A DNA stretch of 64,000 nucleotides from Candidatus Latescibacterota bacterium (GTDB lineage: Bacteria > Latescibacterota > UBA2968 > GCA-2709665). The position numbers and the translations under genes are program-made. Position 1 is the stretch's first letter; every line of letters starts with the position of its first letter. The DNA lies in NCBI GenBank assembly GCA_965219995.1, contig CBDCOX010000002.1:1551397-1615396 (forward strand), written 5' to 3'. Positions 19,239 through 29,203 of this stretch are shown one piece after another. The notes beneath the pieces are model-generated. The model worked only from the letters and a program-made list of their open reading frames with translations. It was not told where the DNA came from and ran no database searches.

Positions 19239-20501
19239 TCAGGCGCGCATTCGATTGAGGCAATCCTCATAAGCCTCGAAGCGCTCTCCTTCGCGTTCTT
19301 CGGGATCGACCTTCTTGAGGAACAACGCGCTGCCGGGCTTCTTGCCGGTGAATTCGCGGTGGCTTTTGATGTGCGCCGGGTTTTCACCGCTCCACTTAAC
19401 CTCGCCGTCCTGCAGATATACGAAATTTCCTCCGTGTTCCTCGATCATCGCATGCATGCGATCGCGATAGAACAGTCCCTGCTCGCAGGCCGTTTCCCTA
19501 ACCGTGGCCATGATGGCAGGCGGATCTTCCTCTTCCGAGTCGAATTCGTTCAAGGGGCCCTCGACCTCACTCTTGAAGTCAATTTCGTCGAGATCGACCG
19601 TTCCGAATCCGCTCTGGGCGGCCACGAGGAGATGGTTGCGGTCGCGACGGAATGGCGGCGTGGGCCAATCGGAAGTGGGCTCGTGCCCCATCAGGCGGGC
19701 GCCGACGGCATCGGTGGCGATGATCTGGTCGCCCGCAATGAGGGCGTTGCAAACGCGGCCCTCGCCGTCCCACTCACGACCCCATTGACCGGTCGTGGCG
19801 TCCACGATATTGAGACACGGGTTGGTGATGCGCGCCAGGTCGGGGAGCACGTAAGACAGGCGGATTGCATGGTGGAAGTAGGTTCGCACGCGTCCCTCAG
19901 GTGGGATTGTGGGTGTGAGGCCAAACAGATTCTTGGTGCAAAGCGTGACCCCCATGAAGAGGTGATTCTTCATCTTGGCGACGGAAACGACCTCATCTGC
20001 TTCGCTGAAGCAGCGGCTGAGCGTGTAGCGTTGAAACATACAGCCGCCGCCCGGAACGTCGTACTCTGCGAAGGGCGGGAAGTTTGATTCCACGTGCTCG
20101 ACGTCGAATTCGTCGAGCAGCGGACGGTAGTTGAAGTAGTCCGTCGCGGCCCCGGACGCGTCACGGCAAAATGTGTCGGCGGCGACAAGGTCCGCAGAGG
20201 TCCGCTCGCGCAGGAGCCGAAGGACGGCGCGGCAGACGGCATCGTCGACGAGTTCTCGGCGGCGGCCCTCGAAATGAGTCACGTTTGTATGCCCCATGTT
20301 GAACTTCAGGGCGATGCGCCCCGCTTTCTGCAGCTTCTCCCAGGAACGCGCCAGGGGGGCGGTTGCCCGTACAAGGTTCTCGTAGACCTCTTCGTCGGAG
20401 GCCCGGTGATCGCAATGGACTGCACGAACGCTGAATTCATGGTTCATCTCAATGTTCTCCTCTAGTAAACGGCGGTTCCGGTGTAGATCCGTCAGAGTCA
20501 A
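19239..20501 (-). CDS. DUF362 domain protein with C-terminal extension
   Basis: 420-aa ORF; DUF362-like ALKFNMGH, VSVAKMKNHLFMGVTLCTKNLFG, IVDATTG; extra ~100-aa tail. Confidence 0.6.
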   Translation of the reverse strand: MTLTDLHRNRRLLEENIEMNHEFSVRAVHCDHRASDEEVYENLVRATAPLARSWEKLQKAGRIALKFNMGHTNVTHFEGRRRELVDDAVCRAVLRLLRERTSADLVAADTFCRDASGAATDYFNYRPLLDEFDVEHVESNFPPFAEYDVPGGGCMFQRYTLSRCFSEADEVVSVAKMKNHLFMGVTLCTKNLFGLTPTIPPEGRVRTYFHHAIRLSYVLPDLARITNPCLNIVDATTGQWGREWDGEGRVCNALIAGDQIIATDAVGARLMGHEPTSDWPTPPFRRDRNHLLVAAQSGFGTVDLDEIDFKSEVEGPLNEFDSEEEDPPAIMATVRETACEQGLFYRDRMHAMIEEHGGNFVYLQDGEVKWSGENPAHIKSHREFTGKKPGSALFLKKVDPEEREGERFEAYEDCLNRMRA

Positions 20502-20671
20502 TTGTGTCGAGTTTCAGAACGGTGCATCTGTCGATAACGGAAGCGGAGTTGTCTGCTGAACGGAAGCGCTTGATGCGCGCAGTCAGGGGTGTGCTGTTGC
20601 AAGCAGTCGGGTGGGACAATATACCTCAATCCACTCGTGGGACACCATTGCCATCTGTCATCGCCGCCCGA

Positions 20672-21379
20672 TCAGTCCTTGAAATCGTCCCGAACACAAC
20701 GGAATCCCAAATTGCCCGACCCACCCTTCAAGCGCACGCCTCCCCGTCTGGAACACCGCTTATGAAACGGGCTGGTATACCAGTCGCCACCCCGCGCCGA
20801 CCGCGTTTCACCGCCCAGGGGTCCTACGGGACAGTACCTGCGGTCTTCTGTATACAGTCGCCGGTCATCTCTGCACCATTGCCACAGCGATCCAACCATG
20901 TCGTAGAGACCAAACCCGTTTGGTGGGTACGCGCCGACGTCGGGCGGGCCTTCGTCTCTCTCGCGATCTGCCGCCTGCGATCCATCAAATGCACCGTCAC
21001 CCCACGGATAAAGTGCATTGACCAGGCCTCCTCGGGCCGCCTTCTCCCATTCAGCCTCTGTGGGTAGCCTTTTTCCCGCCCAATCACAATATTCGAGCAC
21101 ATCCGGCAATGAAATACTCCTGACAGGCTGCAGAGGGGCATTCAGCCAGCTGTCCTGCCAGGTCTCCGGACGATAGTCTGCTGCCAGCATGAATCTATGA
21201 TACCGATCTACGGAAACCAGGTGTACATCAATAGCGTATGCTTCCAGGTTGACGATATGTTGGGGCTTCTCGGCAAGGAAGGCTCCAGTGTAGCCCATAT
21301 CATCGTCATTCACTGCGCCCATCAGGAATTCACCGGATGGTATCAGCACCATTTCCGAATCATCGTTCCGGGTGTACAT
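20672..21379 (-). CDS. formylglycine-generating enzyme (FGE/SUMF1) family protein
   Basis: 235-aa ORF; MVLIPSGEFLMG, RLPTEAEWEKAARGG, YPWGD, RGGDWYTS. Confidence 0.8.
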   Translation of the reverse strand: MYTRNDDSEMVLIPSGEFLMGAVNDDDMGYTGAFLAEKPQHIVNLEAYAIDVHLVSVDRYHRFMLAADYRPETWQDSWLNAPLQPVRSISLPDVLEYCDWAGKRLPTEAEWEKAARGGLVNALYPWGDGAFDGSQAADRERDEGPPDVGAYPPNGFGLYDMVGSLWQWCRDDRRLYTEDRRYCPVGPLGGETRSARGGDWYTSPFHKRCSRRGGVRLKGGSGNLGFRCVRDDFKD

Positions 21380-21679
21380 ACGTGTTCCGCCGTCTGTATG
21401 CGTACGTCTGCATCGTCAGGAAGAAGGGAGTCCTTTGGCTGTCTCAGTTCAGGCTCCGCCGCCCCCCCCAACGCACCTGAGCCAGTTTGCGTCGATGCGA
21501 CTCTCACGGAGCGAACGAACAGGTCTGCCGACACATCGACGTCTATGAAGCAATACTCACTCGCCGACTCGGGGATCTACCGATGTGGTCTCGTCCTGTC
21601 TTTGCACATAGCCTGCGGATCACCGTCTCTGGCGGCAGAGCTACCGAAATCCAGACAGATGGGAAGTAGATGTATACCG

Positions 21680-22027
21680 TTAACCTCCGTTTTCATCCAT
21701 TTCCTGCGATAGATCCACGAGCAACTGCAATTCTGTCACCGATCCTCGAGCCCACGTGTCTCGCTTGAACCGCTGGTGAAAGGCATCGATTTCATGTCTG
21801 GATCGCCCGGCGACCTCACGGGCGCGCTTCAGATCTTCGGATCGCATGTACGAAAGGAGATAATCTTCGCCACCCAATGTCAGCAGGAACCAGGACTCGA
21901 CCTGCACTCCTTCATCGCGTAGTGTGTCCAACGCTTCGACCTTGCGCGCATTGATGGTGCTTGCCCATTTCGACACCCGGTCGCCGGAGTTTTTTTTAAG
22001 CTTGATCAGGTTCGCTCTTACGTCCAT
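21680..22027 (-). CDS. hypothetical protein
   Basis: 115-aa ORF overlapping the next kinase gene by 10 nt; no secure family. Confidence 0.4.
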   Translation of the reverse strand: MDVRANLIKLKKNSGDRVSKWASTINARKVEALDTLRDEGVQVESWFLLTLGGEDYLLSYMRSEDLKRAREVAGRSRHEIDAFHQRFKRDTWARGSVTELQLLVDLSQEMDENGG

Positions 22028-23118
22028 GGTCGCTCCGGGAATTTATCCGTACGGTATGTTATCTCATTTGATGATTCTGTCAGTCGACTGCCTGCCGCTG
22101 ACGAATCGAGAAGCGTCAGCACGGTTGTCCGGTCCCAGCCTCCCGGCCCCGGACCCTGGTACGCGGCGAGGATGTCCAGCAACCTTGCCAGCGAATGTAG
22201 TTTTAGAACCAACTCTTGCTCCGCACTCAACATTCCATAAGTTCGCCAGAAACATCCGGATATTTCCGGTGTAGTGATGAATACGGTAAGATAAAGATCT
22301 CTGGAGTCGGTAAATGCCGGAGCAATTTTGGCCTTTCCGAAATCGAGAACCGCTACCAGATTCAAGGTTTCCGGATCTACACGAAGATTATGCAACTGAA
22401 AGTCATGATGGACAAGGGCATCAACTTCCGCTGCTTCCATAGAATCGACCTGGTCGGTCCAGAGCGCAATGCAGCGATCGAGCGTGTCTTTCCCCAGCCA
22501 GCCTTGTTTCCGTAGAAGCCCTATTGCGCGATGGAATCTGTTCTCCTCGGACTTCCGCCACTCGCTTCCGCTAACCGGGTCGCCGAGAATGGCGGCGACA
22601 TCCGGCCCGATAGGAATTGCGTGGAGGTCCCTCATTTGCCCGGCGCATTGCGTGAGAATCTTTTCCTTGTCTTCGAAGCCAATCTCACTCCACACCCGGT
22701 CGCCATCGACGCCTGCCGTGTACTCAATCAGCGCGTGAGGATACGGGACAGTGGCGTCACCCGATGAGACGCAGATCCACAGTGGCGTAGGCACCGAGGA
22801 TTCACGTTGGACTAATCTGACAACCCGTTCCTCCCTTCGCATCACCTCATCGTCCGAGCATCTGACCCAAACCTTTAATATGAGCGAATCACCATCAGGC
22901 AAGTCCAGAAGAAAAATCGCATTCGCTTCCCCTCGCTTCAATCGCCGGATCGAAGTCGGTTCCCGGATGCCGGCTTTTAAACAAACGGCCTGCGCGATTG
23001 GGAGCGAAAGATCATAATTGACGAATTCCTGGTATGTCAGCAGTGGCTTTGGTGAAGTCATAAGCAAGTGAAAAATGGTCCGACAATCACCTCGACCAAT
23101 GGCTGTCGTAGGCCGCAC
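22018..23118 (-). CDS. APH-like phosphotransferase
   Basis: 366-aa ORF; catalytic loop ALVHHDFQLHNLRVD, VLDFGKAKI. Confidence 0.75.
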   Translation of the reverse strand: MRPTTAIGRGDCRTIFHLLMTSPKPLLTYQEFVNYDLSLPIAQAVCLKAGIREPTSIRRLKRGEANAIFLLDLPDGDSLILKVWVRCSDDEVMRREERVVRLVQRESSVPTPLWICVSSGDATVPYPHALIEYTAGVDGDRVWSEIGFEDKEKILTQCAGQMRDLHAIPIGPDVAAILGDPVSGSEWRKSEENRFHRAIGLLRKQGWLGKDTLDRCIALWTDQVDSMEAAEVDALVHHDFQLHNLRVDPETLNLVAVLDFGKAKIAPAFTDSRDLYLTVFITTPEISGCFWRTYGMLSAEQELVLKLHSLARLLDILAAYQGPGPGGWDRTTVLTLLDSSAAGSRLTESSNEITYRTDKFPERPWT

Positions 23119-23458
23119 GAAAATTCAACGGTGGTGATGTGACTGACATATAGATAAAGGTCCGGGTACCGGAATTGTAGAACCCATGAAGGTCACCTTC
23201 CTCAAATCGAACAACGTCACCTTCAGCGAACTCTGCGACCGCCCCATTTTCCAGAATCAGATTTCCGGAACCTTGCAAGGCGATCCATATCTGTTCCGAT
23301 GCGTTATGTCGATGCGCAGGATTCGTGCCGCCAGGAGGGACAGAAACCTGTGTAATCGTAACCCTTTGCGACGATGAGTTTTCCGGAAACAGCAGTTGTC
23401 GAGAAACAATTCCAGAATTGCTGAACACCTGGATTTCCGCCGAGCGAATCAGTTCCAT
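23087..23458 (-). CDS. cupin domain protein
   Basis: 123-aa ORF; PGGTNPAHRHNASEQIWIALQGSG and GDVVRFEEGDLHGF cupin motifs. Confidence 0.8.
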   Translation of the reverse strand: MELIRSAEIQVFSNSGIVSRQLLFPENSSSQRVTITQVSVPPGGTNPAHRHNASEQIWIALQGSGNLILENGAVAEFAEGDVVRFEEGDLHGFYNSGTRTFIYMSVTSPPLNFRAAYDSHWSR

Positions 23459-23483
23459 ATCGAATCCTTCCCAACCACTTTTC

Positions 23484-23577
23484 GGATAACGCGGTGACGG
23501 TTAACGAACCGATGCGGATTTCCATAGGCCAAGGTGCCCGACGAATGGTGCAGCGCGGCACCGAACACCTGTTTGAC
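23484..23577 (-). repeat. family A attC-like imperfect palindrome (A10)
   Basis: Minus strand: GTCAAAC-AGGTG-...-CGTTAACC-GTCACCGC-GTTATCC; begins 6 nt after the Nudix stop, ends 25 nt before the cupin ATG. Confidence 0.55.
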
Positions 23578-23583
23578 TAAGCT

Positions 23584-24024
23584 TTACTTACGTGCCTCCA
23601 TCGACTCGATCAGCAAGTCAATCTTGTCGTCGTAACCGGCAACGAGCTTTGGAAGTGCCCTGACATCGGCCCAAAAGAAATCGAACGGATGAATGAAAGA
23701 TCCGTCCTCCGAATGCTCACCGTGACGCCACGTTTCTGCCGTTGGTCCCACCAAAGACAGATGAGAAAACCAGCGGTACTGTAGTTCATCGCTCCCACAG
23801 TCCCGCATATCCCGGGTGTCCTGCGCCAGAAAACGTACAAATCTGATCCGCGATAATCCCGTTTCCTCCTTTGCTTCTCGCAGCACCGCATCCCGGGGAT
23901 TCTCCCCCGGCTCGATCGTACCGGCGGGCACCTGAATGCCAGCATCAGGCGCCCCGGGTTGCGTAAAGAGGAGCAGGCGGAGCTGAAAGGTAATATAGGC
24001 GAAAGCTCTGTGACGGATTTTCAT
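23584..24024 (-). CDS. Nudix hydrolase
   Basis: Nudix box GTIEPGENPRDAVLREAKEETGL; ATG 24024 (MKIRHRAFAYIT) matches the start of the paralogue at 31361. Confidence 0.9.
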   Translation of the reverse strand: MKIRHRAFAYITFQLRLLLFTQPGAPDAGIQVPAGTIEPGENPRDAVLREAKEETGLSRIRFVRFLAQDTRDMRDCGSDELQYRWFSHLSLVGPTAETWRHGEHSEDGSFIHPFDFFWADVRALPKLVAGYDDKIDLLIESMEARK

Positions 24025-24166
24025 CGGCGTTGGGGTTGGGGAGACCCGTGTTTCACAAGTCCTGTAACATCGTCGGCACCCCCGTTGCCGGAAGTGCCGT
24101 GTCAATCGGTGAGGAGATTTGTCAGTTTAGCCAAGGGTCAGGAACCAGACATTGCCCTTGGTTTTC

Positions 24167-24472
24167 TCATTCATTTCCTGCTTGTGCTTCTGACCAACGC
24201 GTGGCCATTCTCCTCAATTCTTCCTCATGGTCCGGCCAATCGTGAAGCGTGGCAGGATCGAAGTCAGCGCCATTAGGCCAGAAGAGAGTATGTACCTCAG
24301 AGTCAATACGCACCTGATTAAAGAGTACTTCATCCGTCAGAGGTCCGAACAACTCGCCCTTAAGAACTGGACGAAAATCAATGACCTGAGTCGTTTTATC
24401 GTTGAATCTGACATGGATCCGATGAGGCCCAACAATCTTAAATTCAACGACTTTATAGATTGGATGACTCAC
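24167..24472 (-). CDS. DUF2442 domain protein
   Basis: 101-aa ORF; VVEFKIVGPHRIHVRFNDKTTQVIDFRPVLKGELFGPL fits the DUF2442 pattern. Confidence 0.65.
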   Translation of the reverse strand: MSHPIYKVVEFKIVGPHRIHVRFNDKTTQVIDFRPVLKGELFGPLTDEVLFNQVRIDSEVHTLFWPNGADFDPATLHDWPDHEEELRRMATRWSEAQAGNE

Positions 24473-24763
24473 TCCATTCTCCCTTACAAAGGGATCTTAT
24501 CGGTAACATCCCGCGCGAAATGTACCGAATTCTGCATTGGCAGGCAAAATCCAAATTCGTAGGGTTGCGAGGTTCTTCTGGTCCTCAGAGCTTCTCGAAT
24601 ACGCCGTTCATACCTCCATGTCGTTAGACTTCCTCGCGGACTGCAAAACCTAGAAGAAGGTCAGAGGACGGGTCCGTTACCTCGAACCCTGGGGCACGTT
24701 GTCACCAGTGTACGCTACTTCGGTTGGGGGACGGTATGTATCGGGTTGGCTGATTCTCGCCTT

Positions 24764-25790
24764 TCAATCTATGCCTTCGATTGCAGCCTCACCCATACGA
24801 ATCGCCGTATCCGGGAGCGCGAGTATCCGGTCTTCCAGGGCCCAGGTCGCCCGATTAGGCGAATTCGGTCCCCACTTCCGGTGGAGTTGGGAGAGACGCC
24901 TGGCATAGTAGGCGGCAAAGATGAACGGGAGTGCGGTACGTTCATCTTCGGAAGGATGTCGTACTGAGAAGTACCCCTCCACGAACCGCTGCATTTCCTC
25001 ATCGGTAAGCTGTCGACCCACGGTCCCCATCAGCCATTGCATCCGTACCATCACGACGTCTTCGAGCGCCGGAGCGAAGTGAGCCGAGTTGAAGTCGGTG
25101 AATCGGATTTCGCCCGAAGGGGAAGCAATCGTGTTCCAGCTTCTCACGTCTCCGCGGCAGAAGAGCCACCGGACATCCATTTTATCCGGCATGCCGTTCA
25201 ACTGTGCTCGAAGCCGGGTAACAGCATCCGCCATGTCCAAGGAAAACGTCGTCCTCTCGCAATACTCGAGCGCCTCGGAGATGTACGTCCGCGCATCTTT
25301 GACTTCTGAACTGCAGGCTGGAAAGTCTTCGCTCGCATCGTGAACCCGTGCGAGAGCCTCCCCCACGTCGGCGAGCGTATCGACGCGGTCTACGACCTCT
25401 CCTTCAAGGAAGCTCTCGACCGATATCACCAGGTCTCGAACGGACTTGCAAGCGCCTCCCATCCGTGGTCAGGCGGATGTCGGGGCACGGCGCGCCGCGA
25501 CAGGCAAGGTGTCGTACGAACGCCACGATGGTTTTGGGATGGGTCGCGCAGTCCCACCCCGGATTTGCGAGAAACACAACGCGTCCGTGCCGCAAGCTGT
25601 CGCAAAAGAAGACACACCGGGAATTCGCCCTGCGGACGCTGGTTACCTCCAGATCCCAGAATCGCTTGCAGAGATCCGTGATTTCCCCCTGATCAGGCAG
25701 CGGCCCCGTTTCGTCTCTGGATCTGGGATAGCGTGCATCCATTGGTTTTCCCGGGCCGGGTCCCGGCCTTAACGGCGCATTGCCGCTCAC
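24764..25790 (-). pseudogene. APH-like phosphotransferase, frameshifted
   Basis: N-lobe ORF 25404..25790 (..VFLANPGWDCATHPKTIVAFVRHL..IRLTTDG) and C-lobe ORF 24764..25462 (..RWLFCRGDVRSWN..RFTDFNSAHF) overlap in different frames around 25440-25460 (GATGGGAGGCGC). Confidence 0.6.
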
Positions 25791-25849
25791 GTTCCCCCGG
25801 GCGACGACCTGCCGAAGCGCAGCTTAGAAATGTCGGTACGACGGCGCCT

Positions 25850-26848
25850 CTAGCCTTCAACGCCGCGTCCGTAGACCGTGCGAATTACGTCCTCGATGTC
25901 GGGCTCCTGGACGGACACGTCGCGCACCCGATAGTGGGCCGAAAGCTCCGCGATGAGTGCCGACGCAGACACCTGGCTCCTCGCAAAGCGGATGCGGGCG
26001 ACATTGTTGCGACGTTCGAGAATCTCTGCGTTGGGATGCGCGAAGCCACTCAGCGGCTCTCCGGCGCCTGGATCGCATTCCACGATCAGATAACGGTGCG
26101 GGGTGATCGAGTCGACGAGCGTGGCCAGTGGTCCGTCTTCGATGATGCGTCCCTGGTTGATGATGATGAGTCGCTCGCAGAGCTCCTCCACGTCGTCCAG
26201 GTCGTGCGTGGTGAGCAGCACGGTGGTGCGCCGGCGCCGGTTGATGTCGCGGATGAATGCCCGGATCGCAGCTTTCACCTCGATGTCCATGCCTATCGTG
26301 GGCTCGTCGAGAAACAGGATATCCGGCGCGTGCAGCATGGAACCGGCCAACTCCCCGCGCATGCGTTGCCCCAGGGACAACTGCCGCACCGGTGTGTCGA
26401 GGAGGTTGCGGATGCCGAGAACCTCGCAGAGCTCTGCCAGGCTACGCTCGAAGTCGTCGTCGGCAATGCGGTAGATCCGCTTGAAAAGCTCGTAGGATTC
26501 GCCCAGGCGAAGGTCCCAGTTCAGTTGGCTGCGCTGACCGAACACGGCGCCAATGCGCTGTACGACCGCCCGCCGTTGCCTCTGGGGCGACAGGCCGACG
26601 ACGGAGACGCGCCCGGACGTGGGATAGAGGATTCCGGAGAGCATCTTGATCGTCGTCGACTTCCCCGCGCCGTTGGGACCGATGAATCCGACCAGTTCGC
26701 CCGGCTGAATCGCGAAGCTCACGTCACGCACCGCGTGCACCTCACGCCGGTTCGGCCGAAACAAGCCCTTCACCGCACCGGCCAGTCCCTTTTCCTTCCC
26801 GGTCACACGGAAGGTCTTGCAAACCTTCTCCAACTCTATATGGGTCAT
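25850..26848 (-). CDS. ABC transporter ATP-binding protein
   Basis: Walker A GFIGPNGAGKSTT, signature LSLGQRMR, Walker B ILFLDEPT. Confidence 0.9.
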   Translation of the reverse strand: MTHIELEKVCKTFRVTGKEKGLAGAVKGLFRPNRREVHAVRDVSFAIQPGELVGFIGPNGAGKSTTIKMLSGILYPTSGRVSVVGLSPQRQRRAVVQRIGAVFGQRSQLNWDLRLGESYELFKRIYRIADDDFERSLAELCEVLGIRNLLDTPVRQLSLGQRMRGELAGSMLHAPDILFLDEPTIGMDIEVKAAIRAFIRDINRRRRTTVLLTTHDLDDVEELCERLIIINQGRIIEDGPLATLVDSITPHRYLIVECDPGAGEPLSGFAHPNAEILERRNNVARIRFARSQVSASALIAELSAHYRVRDVSVQEPDIEDVIRTVYGRGVEG

Positions 26849-26851
26849 AAA

Positions 26852-27667
26852 CTAAGATCCCGCGCTTTCGTAGCGGCGAAGGCCGGCGGCAAAGACGGCC
26901 AGCGCCAGGGCGAGCATGGCGACACCCACTGCGGGGGTCCACAGTGCCACGTCGAGGGGCAGAGAAGTGTTCGCACTCTGGCCGAGGAAGTCGCAGGCGG
27001 GGTAGAACCCGATGAAGCCGAGGGGCAGTACGAAGGTCAATAGCGCCTGCAGGGGCCACGGGTACACGGTCAGTGGGTAGAAGGTGCCGCGCGCCATCAG
27101 TTCCATGCTGGCGTCCACGAGGGGCTGGCTTCGCATGGTCCAGAACGCGATGGAGCTGATGAGAGTGAGGTTGGACCAGTAGATCAGGGTCCCGCCGGCA
27201 ATGACGAGGAGCACCTCGGCGACGTGCAGCGGTGTCCAGACAAACCCGGACAACCGGGCCCCGTAGAGGAAGTAGCCCGCGCCGATGCCCAGATGCACGA
27301 GACCGACCACATTGATTCGATGGCAGGAAAAGTGGAATGTGATCTCCAGGGGTCTGAGAAGCATCAGGTCGAACTCGCCGCGCGTGACAAAGCGATCGAT
27401 CTGCCGCGACTGAAATGACAGGATGGACATGACGCCACGGCTCATCAGGCTCAGCCCATACAGAAAAGCGAGCTGTGGGAAGGTCCATCCCGAAAGCGGC
27501 TGGAACCGGTCGACCAATACCTTGAGGGCAACGCCAATCCAGATGTAGTTGAAGCCCAGTCCAAGGCAGATGCTCAGCAGCGAGAACGGATACTCCAACG
27601 CCCGCTGAATCGACAAACGGCCATACAGAGCTCCAACGGACAAGTGATGACGCACGTTTGCGATCAT
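26852..27667 (-). CDS. ABC-2 type transporter permease
   Basis: 271-aa polytopic membrane ORF, 3-nt gap to the ATPase gene. Confidence 0.7.
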   Translation of the reverse strand: MIANVRHHLSVGALYGRLSIQRALEYPFSLLSICLGLGFNYIWIGVALKVLVDRFQPLSGWTFPQLAFLYGLSLMSRGVMSILSFQSRQIDRFVTRGEFDLMLLRPLEITFHFSCHRINVVGLVHLGIGAGYFLYGARLSGFVWTPLHVAEVLLVIAGGTLIYWSNLTLISSIAFWTMRSQPLVDASMELMARGTFYPLTVYPWPLQALLTFVLPLGFIGFYPACDFLGQSANTSLPLDVALWTPAVGVAMLALALAVFAAGLRRYESAGS

Positions 27668-27675
27668 GGGCTACC

Positions 27676-28467
27676 CTATCCTCCCTGCACGAAGACCCGC
27701 CGCTGAGCGCGCATCCAGACGAGACCCGCGAGCAGGGCGAAGACCAGAACCCAGAGCGCCTGCACGGAGAGGACGTGGACAACCTCTGCGGCAGAGACGC
27801 GACCAATGTAGATCTCCAGCGGCGCCTGGAACGTGTACTGGAAGGGCATCCACCGCGATGCATCGGCGATGAAGTCGGGGAACAGCCACATGGGCACCAA
27901 TCGTCCCGACAGGGCGAAGACGAGGCTGGTCTTTACTGAACTCACGTCCCCAAAGTCGGTGACCCAAAACGCCGTCATGCCAACGAGGACGCTAAGCAGC
28001 CACAGCAGCAGGAAGCTCAGCGCACAGCTCGGCAGAAACAGCAACCACGCTCCCATCCCCGCCGGCAGCGGCGGAGCCACAAAGAGGAGCGAGATGGCCA
28101 GCAGGGGCATGGCGAACTGCGTGACTGCCGCCAGCGAACGCCCCACGTCTTCGGTCAGCCAGTACCAAACGAGATTCACCGGTCGGATCAGATCGAGCGC
28201 GATCTCACCTGCGCGTATCTTACTAAAGAGCACGTTGTCGATGCTGACAATGAAGCATGCGTTCATCAACACGGCGACGACGGCATAGGTGACCATCTGC
28301 GCCTCGGTGACCCCGGCGACCTGGTCGATACCGCGATACGCGGTGCGCCAGAGGAAGACGGAGCCGAGGAGGAAGAACAGGTTCCGTCCAATAGAGGACA
28401 GATACTCGAAGCGGTAGGCCAGCGCGTTCAGCAGCTGGAGCTTCAGCAAGTAGGGGTACAGGTTCAT
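27676..28467 (-). CDS. ABC-2 type transporter permease
   Basis: 263-aa polytopic membrane ORF, 8-nt gap to the second permease. Confidence 0.7.
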   Translation of the reverse strand: MNLYPYLLKLQLLNALAYRFEYLSSIGRNLFFLLGSVFLWRTAYRGIDQVAGVTEAQMVTYAVVAVLMNACFIVSIDNVLFSKIRAGEIALDLIRPVNLVWYWLTEDVGRSLAAVTQFAMPLLAISLLFVAPPLPAGMGAWLLFLPSCALSFLLLWLLSVLVGMTAFWVTDFGDVSSVKTSLVFALSGRLVPMWLFPDFIADASRWMPFQYTFQAPLEIYIGRVSAAEVVHVLSVQALWVLVFALLAGLVWMRAQRRVFVQGG

Positions 28468-28479
28468 GGACGGTTAATT

Positions 28480-28515
28480 TTCTGTCCCGGAAACTGGTTG
28501 CGTGAATTCAGTTGA
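28480..28515. repeat. solo, inverted end fragment of MITE-1
   Basis: TTCTGTCCCGGAAACTGGTTGCGTGAATTCAGTTG matches the reverse complement of the MITE-1 right end (TTCTGTCCCGGAAATAAGTTGCCTAAATTCGACCG). Confidence 0.5.
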
Positions 28516-28573
28516 GCAGTATCCGGTAAGTCCGGAACCACGAACGTGCCCTCGTCGTCTCCCGGGCCAACCC

Positions 28574-29182
28574 TCACAGGATCTCCTTGCCGAAGTCGGC
28601 GTAGGTCCCCGCGGCGGAAAGCCTGATCGGGGCGTTGATTCCGTCCAGTTCGGTGGCCACGGAACCAAGTGCTGCGAAATCAGGGATGGTCCACACAGCC
28701 AGTCCGCCGGGTTCGGGTGCCAGCATCCCGATTCTCTGGACGAGGAGATTGAGAGTGAACTCAGGATGTTGTTCTGCGCGGCTTTCGTAGAAACACCTGA
28801 CGGCATCCGCGGTGCCGCGGGCATCGAAAAACTCGGCGTAGTAGGTGCCGTTGCGGGCCGGGACCGGTTCGAGCAGCGGAGTGTAGCACCCGGCAACGTC
28901 GATCCGCGCGACCTGAAAGAACGGAAGTTCCAGGTCGTCCGCCTCGCCGCTGCGAAAGATCCGGTCCCACGCGTCGATCCTTTCAAGGCCGGCGTTGCGC
29001 GTGTGCCAGACCGTCATGTAGCCCGGATCGGGCCCCAATCGCCAGGTGCGGCCGACGGACAGAACAAGCTCGTCCTCATACCCGCTGTCCCACCCCTCCT
29101 GCCCCTGTGCGGCCTGCGAGCGAAACGTCTCCGGATCGACGCCGGGCAGACGGCTGATGTACTCGATGTATACAAGTCCCAT
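28574..29182 (-). CDS. hypothetical protein, two similar halves
   Basis: 202-aa ORF between the Gfo/Idh/MocA gene and the ABC-2 genes; two ~100-aa halves, possibly ferredoxin-like/dimeric alpha-beta barrel; no family recognised. Confidence 0.55.
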   Translation of the reverse strand: MGLVYIEYISRLPGVDPETFRSQAAQGQEGWDSGYEDELVLSVGRTWRLGPDPGYMTVWHTRNAGLERIDAWDRIFRSGEADDLELPFFQVARIDVAGCYTPLLEPVPARNGTYYAEFFDARGTADAVRCFYESRAEQHPEFTLNLLVQRIGMLAPEPGGLAVWTIPDFAALGSVATELDGINAPIRLSAAGTYADFGKEIL

Positions 29183-29203
29183 CGTGTGTGTTGTCCTGTT
29201 GCC

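Noticed and set aside
18948-20087. Long plus-strand ORFs: 18948..20087 (379 aa), 25733..27043 (436 aa), 28502..29434, 29477..30280, 40823..41905, 52010..52840, 57240..58241, 60765..61832
   Set aside because: Each lies antisense to a minus-strand ORF with clear family motifs. Their products are Arg/Gly/Pro-rich with no motifs, which is typical of shadow ORFs in GC-rich DNA.
24473-24763. Possible DUF4160 partner or remnant upstream of the DUF2442 gene
   Set aside because: Only a ~25-aa stretch (..EFGFCLPMQNSVHFARDVTDKIPL*) vaguely recalls the DUF4160 HFH motif; there is no open frame of useful length.
26742-27863. 373-aa and other Arg-rich minus-strand ORFs in alternative frames (26742..27863, 61908..62780, 55864..56265)
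   Set aside because: They overlap well-supported genes in a different frame and have low-complexity, Arg/Pro/Gly-dominated composition.
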